NCBI GenBank assembly: GCA_963702435.1
Contig: CAVPCR010000005.1
Coordinates: 224,001-288,000 of the forward strand
From: Candidatus Eiseniibacteriota bacterium
GTDB taxonomy: Bacteria > Eisenbacteria > RBG-16-71-46 > CAVPCR01
Reading direction: 5' to 3'
DNA: 64,000 nucleotides
Below, piece after piece: positions 57,055 through 64,000 of this stretch. A model generated the notes under the pieces. The model had not been told where the DNA came from. It made no database searches and saw only the letters and a list, made by a program, of their open reading frames with translations. Numbering within the stretch: position 1 is the first letter of the stretch; every line of letters begins with the position of its first letter. A program made the translations under genes and the position numbers.

Positions 57055-59448
57055 ATGACAGCTCGCGCGCGCTTCGCCTCCCCGGCCGCCCTCATTGCCC
57101 TGTTCACGCTCGCCGGGGTCTTCGGCGCCGGGGTCTTCGGCGCCGGGGTCCTCGCGTCCGGCGCCGGGTTCGCACCCGCCGGCGGCCCACCGGCCGGGGA
57201 CGGCCGCGATCCCCACACGATCCACCTCCGCACGGCGGTCTTCGACACGCGAGTCGGGCCCGATCTCCCAGCGACCCTCACGGCCCGGCCGGATCCGGGC
57301 GCCGCCCCGGACTACTTCATCGTGCAGTACACGGGGCCGATCGACCGCGCCGCGCGGGCGACGATCGAGGCGGCGGGCGGGAGGATCTTCGATTACATCC
57401 CGCACCACGCGCTTCTCGCGCGCCTCGCCCCGGCGGCGGCCGCCGCCCTGCGGGCTGATTCCCGCGTCGAGTGGATCGGCCTCTACGAACCGGCCTACCG
57501 GCTCGATCCCGCGATCGGCACGCGCGCCTTCACCGACCCCGCGCGGCGCAGCGATCCGCTCCTGTGGGTCACCGCCGACTACTTCACGGGCGAGGATCCG
57601 CTCGCGATCGCGGCCGCCGTCGGTGCGGCAGGCGGCACGATCGACGCGCTGTTCGACGACGCGACCACGCACCGCATGCACATCCGCATCGCGCGCGAGC
57701 AACTGGTCGAGCTCGCTCACATCCGCGGCGTCCAGTGGATCGAGGAGTTCGGCGAGTTCGCGCTCCGCAACAACACGACGCGCTGGGTCATTCAATCGAA
57801 CGTGTCCGCGGTCACGCCGATCTGGGACCGGGGAATCCGCGGCGAGGGACAGATCGTCGGCCATATCGACGGCCGCCTGAACCGGAACAGCTGCTTCTTC
57901 GTGGACCCGCTCAACGGCAACACGCCGGGGCCGGACCACCGGAAGCTCGTCGCGTACCGGTCGTCGACCGGCTTCGGCTCCGATACCCACGGCACGCATA
58001 CCGCCTGCACCATCGCCGGCGACCAGGAGCCCGTGAACGGGACCATCACGAACAACGGCATCGCTTACCGCGCGCGCATCTCGCACGCCAACGACAGCGA
58101 TGTCACCGGCTGGGGTGGTGGTCCGTCGAACTTCATCAACTACCTGACCTTCGCTGCCGAGGACGGCGCCCGCGTGCACACGAACTCGTGGGGCGACGAC
58201 GGGACGACCGCCTACACGGCGTGGTGCCGCGATATCGACCTCTTCAGCCGCCTGTTCGAGGACAACCTGGTCGCCTTCGCGGTGACCAACATGTCCTCGC
58301 TCAAGACGCCCGAGAATGCCAAGAACTGCCTCGCCGTGGGCGCGACACGGCAGGCCCCGAACCAGGCGAATCACGGAACCGGGGGCAGCGGACCGACGAG
58401 CGACGGGCGGCGGAAGCCCGAGGTTTACGCCCCCGGCGTCGGCATCGTCTCCTCCTCCACGGGCACCTGTGCGACGACTTCTCTCACGGGCACGAGCATG
58501 GCGTGCCCGGCGGCGACCGGGCTCGGCGCCCTCGTCCGCCAGTACTTCGCGGACGGCTTCTACCCGAGCGGCCTGCCGGTGCCGGCGGATGCCGTCGTCG
58601 CCACCGGGGCTCTGGTCAAGGCGGTCCTCATCAACGCCACGGTGGACATGACCGGGGTCACCGGCTATCCGTCGAACCTGGAAGGGTGGGGGCGCCTCCT
58701 TCTCGACAACACGCTCTACTTCGACGGCGACACTCGCGGGCTCGAAGCGATCGACGTGCGCCACGCGGCGGGCATGGCCACGGGCGAGATGCGAAGCCAC
58801 ACGGTCGAGGTGATCGGCAGCGATCCGCTGAAGATCACGCTCGTCTTCACCGATGAGCCGGCAGCGCTCGGCGCTGCCTATGCACCGGTCAACGACCTCG
58901 ACCTCGAGGTCGTCGCCGGAGCCGGGCCGGAGGCGCCCGTCTACAAGGGAAACGTCTTCGCCGGCGGCCAGTCGGCGACCGGCGGCGCGTTCGATCAGCT
59001 CAACAATGCCGAGATGGTCTCGCTCATCGCCCCTGTCCCGGGGACCTACACGATCAACGTCTACGCCCGGCAGGTCGTCGACTTGACGCAGGGCTATGCG
59101 CTCGTGGTCTCGGGCAACCTGCCGGTGGCTACGGCCGGACTCGCCGGCGCGGCGCCGGTCGCTCCGGCGCGGCTTGCGCTCCTGCCGATCCGCCCGAATC
59201 CGTTCGGTCCCTCGGCCCGCCTCGACTTCGTGCTGCCGGCGCGCGGCGCGACCACGCTCACGATCTATGATGTGAGCGGCCGGCTCATCCGCGCGCTGGT
59301 CACCAACGTCCTCCCCGCCGGCGAGCACGCGATCACCTGGGACGGTCTCGAGGCGAACGGCACGCCGGCCGCCGCGGGTGTCTACTTCGTGCGCCTCGCG
59401 CAGGAAGGACGGATGCCGGCGGTCGAGAAGGCCGTGCTCCTGCGATAG
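57055..59448 (+). CDS. Secreted S8 serine peptidase (KP-43-like) with C-terminal FlgD-Ig-type domain
   Basis: HIDG (Asp), HGTHTA (His), GTSMACP (Ser), DGRRKPE, NDLDL; C-terminal PNPF...IYDVSGRLIR...WDG...GVYFVRL. Confidence 0.9.
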   Translation: MTARARFASPAALIALFTLAGVFGAGVFGAGVLASGAGFAPAGGPPAGDGRDPHTIHLRTAVFDTRVGPDLPATLTARPDPGAAPDYFIVQYTGPIDRAARATIEAAGGRIFDYIPHHALLARLAPAAAAALRADSRVEWIGLYEPAYRLDPAIGTRAFTDPARRSDPLLWVTADYFTGEDPLAIAAAVGAAGGTIDALFDDATTHRMHIRIAREQLVELAHIRGVQWIEEFGEFALRNNTTRWVIQSNVSAVTPIWDRGIRGEGQIVGHIDGRLNRNSCFFVDPLNGNTPGPDHRKLVAYRSSTGFGSDTHGTHTACTIAGDQEPVNGTITNNGIAYRARISHANDSDVTGWGGGPSNFINYLTFAAEDGARVHTNSWGDDGTTAYTAWCRDIDLFSRLFEDNLVAFAVTNMSSLKTPENAKNCLAVGATRQAPNQANHGTGGSGPTSDGRRKPEVYAPGVGIVSSSTGTCATTSLTGTSMACPAATGLGALVRQYFADGFYPSGLPVPADAVVATGALVKAVLINATVDMTGVTGYPSNLEGWGRLLLDNTLYFDGDTRGLEAIDVRHAAGMATGEMRSHTVEVIGSDPLKITLVFTDEPAALGAAYAPVNDLDLEVVAGAGPEAPVYKGNVFAGGQSATGGAFDQLNNAEMVSLIAPVPGTYTINVYARQVVDLTQGYALVVSGNLPVATAGLAGAAPVAPARLALLPIRPNPFGPSARLDFVLPARGATTLTIYDVSGRLIRALVTNVLPAGEHAITWDGLEANGTPAAAGVYFVRLAQEGRMPAVEKAVLLR

Positions 59449-59595
59449 CGCGCGCGAGCGGGCGGCACTCCCGGCCGCGGCAACCTCTCCCGCGCGTAGC
59501 CTTCTCGGGCCGGGGCGGATGACGCCCTACCGTTTCGCGCGGCTCACGGTGTGGGTTCGTGACTGGCCTCGCTGGTCATCGCTCCTTTCCATGCC

Positions 59596-60247
59596 CGCGT
59601 CAAACGCTGTCGGGTCTTGTAAACTCCTCGCCCCGCTTGCCCCGCCGGACCCGCGTCAAACGCTGTCGGGTCTTGTGAAATCGTCTCGCCTGGCTGCACC
59701 GCGCCTCCCCGCGGCTCACGCCATCGCCCCCACCCGGCGACCGCACCCGCTCGCGTCAAACGCTGTCGGGTCTTGTGAAATCGTCTCGCCTGACCGCACC
59801 GCGTTTCCCCGCGGCTCACGCCATCGCCCCCACCCGGCGACCGCACCCGCCCGCGTCAAACGCTGTCGGGTCTTGTGAAATCGTCTCGCCTGGCTGCACG
59901 GCACCACACCGCGGCTCACGCCATCGCCCCCACCCGGCGACCGCACCCGCCCGCGTCAAACGCTGTCGGGTCTTGTGAACTCCTCGCCCCGCTTGCCCCG
60001 GCTGCCGGCCCCGCGTCAAACGCTGTCGGGTCTTGTGAAATCGTCTCGCCTGGCTGCACGGCACCACACCGCGGCTCACGCCATCGCCCCCACCCGGCGA
60101 CCGCACCCGCCCGCGTCAAACGCTGTCGGGTCTTGTGAACTCCTCGCCCCGCTTGCCCCGGCTGCCGCCCCGCGTCAAACGCTGTCGGGTCTTGTGAACT
60201 TCTCGCCCCACTCGCCCCGGCAGCCGGACCCGCAGCAAACGCTGTCC
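59596..60247. repeat. Composite array: 28-bp core CGCGTCAAACGCTGTCGGGTCTTGTGAA, eight copies plus one degenerate, with two recurring linker types
   Basis: Cores at 59596, 59652, 59752, 59852, 59952, 60012, 60112, 60171 and (degenerate) 60231. Confidence 0.92.
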
Positions 60248-60632
60248 CGCACGAGACTCCAGCGCCCACCCGCGTGGCGGCCCTTGGTCACGCCCTTCCC
60301 GCCGCGACCACGACTTCTGCTCGCGAGCACACGCACGAGTCTCGAGGTCACCATTGAACGAGCGCCCGCGCGACAAGGAGCGGGAGCTCACGCATCTCTC
60401 ATTTGATGCACGAAGCATGCCGCCCGCGGGGTGAAGACTCCTCTCCCGGATAGGACCCTCGGGAGCCCTGCAGCACCGGGAGTGCTCACACACACCCAGC
60501 CAAGGTGCGCACGCCGTTGTCACCTTCGCCTACCTTGTTGCCGGGGGTGCGACACGGCCGGCGCGGGAGCGTTTCGCCGGGGCGTTCGCCCAGCCCGCGC
60601 GCCGGGGCGGCCGGCCATCCTGACCGCCTTGG

Positions 60633-60758
60633 TCGTTGCAGCAGCCGCCGCCGTTGCAGCAGCCGCCGCCGTTGCAGCAGCCGCCACCGTTGCAGCAGCC
60701 GCCGCCGTTGCAGCAGCCGCCACCGTTGCAGCAGCCGCCACCGTTGCGGCGGCCTCCG
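60633..60758. repeat. 18-bp tandem repeat, seven copies, decaying to about 60830
   Basis: (CCGTTGCAGCAGCCGCC[G/A])n downstream of xth. Confidence 0.88.
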
Positions 60759-60833
60759 CCTTTCAGCCGCCTCGGCCGTTCAGCCGCCGCGGTCGTCTCA
60801 GCAACCGCCGTCGTCTCAGCCGCCGAGGCTGCC

Positions 60834-61637
60834 TCAGTCGGCCGCTCCCGCCTCGCGCTCCGCGAACTCGACCACCACCGGCGCGTGGTCGCTCGGGAGC
60901 TTGCCCTTACGGGCCGCGCGATCGACGTACGCGGCCGCGGCGCTGGCGGCGAGCCGAGGGGTCACGAGCACGTGGTCGATCCGGAGCCCGAGGTTCTTGG
61001 GGAAGGCAAGCTGGCGGTAGTCCCACCACGAGAACAGGGGGGCCGTCGGGTTCAGCCGGCGCACGACATCCACGAGCCCCGCCGCGACGATCTCCGCGAA
61101 GGCCGCCCGCTCCACCTCCGAGTAGAGCACGCGCCCTTCCCAGAGGGCCGGGTCGTGCACGTCGATCGGCGCCGGCGCCACATTGAGATCGCCGGCCAGC
61201 ACCGCGAGCCCAGCCGTATCCAGCCGCGCCCCCAGAAACGCGACCAGCCGCCTGCACCACGCGAGCTTGTAGGTGAACTTCTCCGAACCTACCGCCTCCC
61301 CATTCGGCACGTACGCCGACATGACGCGCACGTCACCGGCGGCCGACGCCACCGTCGCCGCGACGAAGCGGGCTTGCGGATCGTCAACGCCGTCGCCGAA
61401 CCCGCGCTCGACATCGCGGAGCGGCCCGCGCGCCAGGATGGCCACCCCATTGTAGGTGCGCTGTCCGCACACCGCCGCCTCGTACCCGAGCGCCCGGAGG
61501 TCGTCCGCCGGAAAGTCGGCCTCCTCGGTCTTCAGTTCCTGCAGGCAGAGCACGTCGGGCTCGTTCGCCCCGATCCACTCGAGCACGCGCTCGCGCCGGG
61601 CGCGGATCGAGTTCACGTTCCAGGTCGCCAGCTTCAT
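60834..61637 (-). CDS. xth: Exodeoxyribonuclease III
   Basis: ATWNVNSIRAR, LQELK, YNGVAI, YVPNG, GDLNVAP, WWDYR, RIDH, SDHAPV. Confidence 0.95.
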   Translation of the reverse strand: MKLATWNVNSIRARRERVLEWIGANEPDVLCLQELKTEEADFPADDLRALGYEAAVCGQRTYNGVAILARGPLRDVERGFGDGVDDPQARFVAATVASAAGDVRVMSAYVPNGEAVGSEKFTYKLAWCRRLVAFLGARLDTAGLAVLAGDLNVAPAPIDVHDPALWEGRVLYSEVERAAFAEIVAAGLVDVVRRLNPTAPLFSWWDYRQLAFPKNLGLRIDHVLVTPRLAASAAAAYVDRAARKGKLPSDHAPVVVEFAEREAGAAD

Positions 61638-62974
61638 CGGAGGACCCCCGCGATCGTCATGTAGACCACGAGCCCGAAGATGTCGTTCGTGGCGGTGATG
61701 AACGGACCGGTCGCGAGACTCGGGTCGAGCCCGAAACGGTGGAGGACGAGCGGCACCGTCGAGCCGACGAACGATGCCGAGAGGATCACGGTGACGAGCG
61801 CCGCGGTGACCACGAGCCCGATTTCCTGCCCCTGCCACGGGGAGGCGACGAGTGCGATGGCGAGTCCGCAGACGATCGCGTTCAAGAACCCCACGCGGAG
61901 CTCCTGGAAAATGCGGCGCCCCGAGTCGCGGAGACTGATCTCGCCGCTGGCGAGCCCGCTGATCACGATCGCCGACGACTGGATACCGATGTTGCCGCCC
62001 ATCGCCGTGACCACCGGCACGAAGAAGGCGAGCGGCAGGTTCCGGGCGAGCGAGCCCTCGTAGCTGGAGAGCAGGGCGGCGGAGCAGACCCCTCCGCTCA
62101 AGCCCAGCAGAAGCCATGGCAGCCGCGCCCGGGAGACGCGGAAGGGTGAGGTTTCCCGGTACTCCTCGGCGCCGACGCCGGCCAGACGGCGGATGTCCTC
62201 TGACGCTTCGTCGACGACGACATCGATCACGTCATCCACCGTGATGCGCCCGACAAGCCGGCCCTCGCCATCGACGACCGGCAGGGCGATCAGGTTGTAG
62301 CGCTTGAAGAGCTTCGCCACTTCCTCCTGATCGACGCCCGCTTCGACCACCACCGCGTTCTCGTCCATGATCGCTTCGACGCGGGCCGAACCGGCGGCGG
62401 TCAGCAGTCGGTCGAGCGAAACAACGCCGCGCAGCCGCCCCTCCTGATCGACGACGTGGAGATCGTAGACATGCTCGATCATCCCCGCGCGCCGCCGCAC
62501 CTCCTGGATCGCCTCGTCCACGGTGCTCCCCGCGGGCACCGCGACCAGCTCGAGCTGCATGAGCCCGCCGGCGGTGTCCTCCTCGTGCTGGAGAAGAGTG
62601 CGGACCTCTGCGGAGTCCTCATCGGGGATGGTCTCGAGCACCGACTCGGCCATGCTTGCCGGGAGGTCCTTGACCACGTCGGCGGCGTCGTCCGAATCCA
62701 TGACGTCGATGAGGGCCGACAGGCGCTCGCGATCGAGTCCGGCAGCCAGACGCTCGCGCGAGAAATCGTCGAGCTCGAGAAGGACGTCGGAGGCACGTTC
62801 GGAATCGAGCAGGCCGAACACGTAGCGGCCGAGATCCTCGGGCAGATGGCGCACGATCTCGGCGACATCCGCCGGCCGCGCGGTCAGCAGGACGGTCCTG
62901 ACCATCGAGACGTCGCGGCGCTCGGCGAGATACCGGATGTCATCGAGAACGCTCTCGAGGTCTTCGCGCTCCAT
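61634..62974 (-). CDS. mgtE: Magnesium transporter MgtE
   Basis: DDAAD, TAGGLM, CBS pair, GRITVDD, RLPWL, GGNIGIQS, DPSLATGPFIT..ND. Confidence 0.95.
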   Translation of the reverse strand: MEREDLESVLDDIRYLAERRDVSMVRTVLLTARPADVAEIVRHLPEDLGRYVFGLLDSERASDVLLELDDFSRERLAAGLDRERLSALIDVMDSDDAADVVKDLPASMAESVLETIPDEDSAEVRTLLQHEEDTAGGLMQLELVAVPAGSTVDEAIQEVRRRAGMIEHVYDLHVVDQEGRLRGVVSLDRLLTAAGSARVEAIMDENAVVVEAGVDQEEVAKLFKRYNLIALPVVDGEGRLVGRITVDDVIDVVVDEASEDIRRLAGVGAEEYRETSPFRVSRARLPWLLLGLSGGVCSAALLSSYEGSLARNLPLAFFVPVVTAMGGNIGIQSSAIVISGLASGEISLRDSGRRIFQELRVGFLNAIVCGLAIALVASPWQGQEIGLVVTAALVTVILSASFVGSTVPLVLHRFGLDPSLATGPFITATNDIFGLVVYMTIAGVLR

Positions 62975-63269
62975 CGTCGCCCCGCTGGATTGAGCCGGCC
63001 CAGCCGGCAGGCCGTCCCGCGCCGGCACCGGCCGGCAACCGCGCGGATCCGGGCCGGCAACCGCGCCGGAACCTGGCCGGCGTTCGCCCTCTCGCACGCA
63101 CCTGCCCGACCGCCGCCGGCATTGTGGCCTCCCCCATCGGCCCCGGCAAGGGCAGAGACGCCGGGCCTTGTGCTAAGCTCCACCGGCTAGATCGAGCCCC
63201 CGTTGCGGAAGCCGCTTGCGGAAGCCGCGGATCCACCCCCCCAGATCGGCTCCCGACAGAGGAGAGAGC

Positions 63270-63914
63270 ATGTCCCGCATCACTTCCCGCATCCACATTG
63301 CTGCCGCCGTCTCCGTGCTCGTCACGCTGGCCGGCTCGGCCGGCGCCGGCCCGCAGCAGCCCGCGACTGCCGCCGAGCTCGCGATCGGAGCCGAGGCCCC
63401 CATCTTCAAGCTCAAGGGCGCCGACGGCGCCATGCACGCGCTCACCGACTTCAAGGACGCCAGGGCGGTGGTCATCGTCTTCACCTGCCTCAGCTGCCCG
63501 TTCGCCCGCGCCTACGAGGAGCGCACGATCGCATTGGCCAAGGACTATGCCGACCGCGGGGTGCGGGTCGTGGCCATCATGCCGAACGATCCGCGGATCG
63601 TACCGGCCGATGCACCCGACAAGCTCAAGGCGCGCGCGGAGGAGATGAAGTACCCCTTCCCGTATCTGATCGACGAGACCCAGGCGGTGGCCACGGCGTT
63701 CGGCGCCAAGGTGACGCCGCACGTGTTCCTGTTCGGTCCCGACCGGAAGCTCGCCTATCGCGGGCGCATCGACGACGATACCGACCCGACCAAGGTCACC
63801 ACGCACGACCTGCGCAAGGCGCTCGATCAGATCCTGGCCGGGAAGCCGGTCGCGATCGCTTCGACCAAGGCCTTCGGGTGCACCATCAAATGGAAGAAGG
63901 ACGAGGCAAGCTGA
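63270..63914 (+). CDS. Secreted thioredoxin-family (AhpC/TSA-like) protein
   Basis: Signal peptide, FTCLSCPF, FPYLIDETQ, YRGRIDD, GCTIKW. Confidence 0.88.
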   Translation: MSRITSRIHIAAAVSVLVTLAGSAGAGPQQPATAAELAIGAEAPIFKLKGADGAMHALTDFKDARAVVIVFTCLSCPFARAYEERTIALAKDYADRGVRVVAIMPNDPRIVPADAPDKLKARAEEMKYPFPYLIDETQAVATAFGAKVTPHVFLFGPDRKLAYRGRIDDDTDPTKVTTHDLRKALDQILAGKPVAIASTKAFGCTIKWKKDEAS

Positions 63915-64000
63915 GCCAATCGCGGGCACGATGCGCCAGACCGCTCGTCGCGAGGATCGCGCTCGCGCTCATCCTCGCCGCCGGCCTCTCCTGCAATCGG
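63890..64000 (+). CDS. Probable lipoprotein, N-terminus only (3' truncated)
   Basis: Frame reads ...RIALALILAAGLSCNR with lipobox; start at ATG 63890 or CTG 63911 uncertain. Confidence 0.4.
   Translation, partial: MEEGRGKLSQSRARCARPLVARIALALILAAGLSCNR

Noticed and set aside
59596..60247. CRISPR array
   Set aside because: Spacers are not unique (two recurring classes of about 30 and 72 nt) and there are no cas genes or AT-rich leader.
59378..60523. Short repetitive ORFs across the array
   Set aside because: They are present on both strands in several frames, the 100-bp period breaks frame, and there is no RBS or recognisable domain.
60250..60620. Transposase remnant beside the repeat array
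   Set aside because: I could not recognise HUH/Y1 or DDE motifs in the frames I read; the region remains unexplained.
60636..61664. 342-aa QQPPPL-repeat ORF
   Set aside because: It is antisense to xth, and its N-terminus is only a translation of the 18-bp VNTR.

Overview
This is a very GC-rich bacterial chromosomal window with about 58 densely packed CDSs. I saw no rRNA, tRNA, integrase, transposase or cas genes. Two S8 proteases with C-terminal FlgD-Ig-type domains, futalosine-pathway MqnC and a fused E1 alpha/beta suggest an uncultured FCB-superphylum-type lineage (for example Eisenbacteria-like); this is inference. Main blocks: (1) an atypical chaperone-usher-like pilus locus (three DUF4402-like subunits, chaperone, usher-like protein, plus a convergent sigma54-driven subunit-like gene; 4.5-10.4 kb); (2) an adjacent surface-glycosylation locus with three GT-C-type membrane glycosyltransferases and two GT4 genes that are both broken (10.5-20.2 kb); (3) a four-gene operon joining DUF1611 (DgcN-like) and a dipeptide epimerase (DgcA-like) to a PLP enzyme and an unusual PP-loop/Zn ATPase-creatininase fusion (23.3-29.1 kb), the best candidate for an undescribed pathway; (4) an HNH nuclease flanked by structured non-coding sequence and converging on a Zn-finger/poly-acidic microprotein (33-34.5 kb); (5) housekeeping and metabolic genes (mqnC, E1, tkt, aroC, xth, mgtE, amrS); (6) a 650-bp non-CRISPR composite repeat array with a conserved 28-bp core (59.6-60.25 kb). 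All product calls come from motif recognition by eye; no searches were run.
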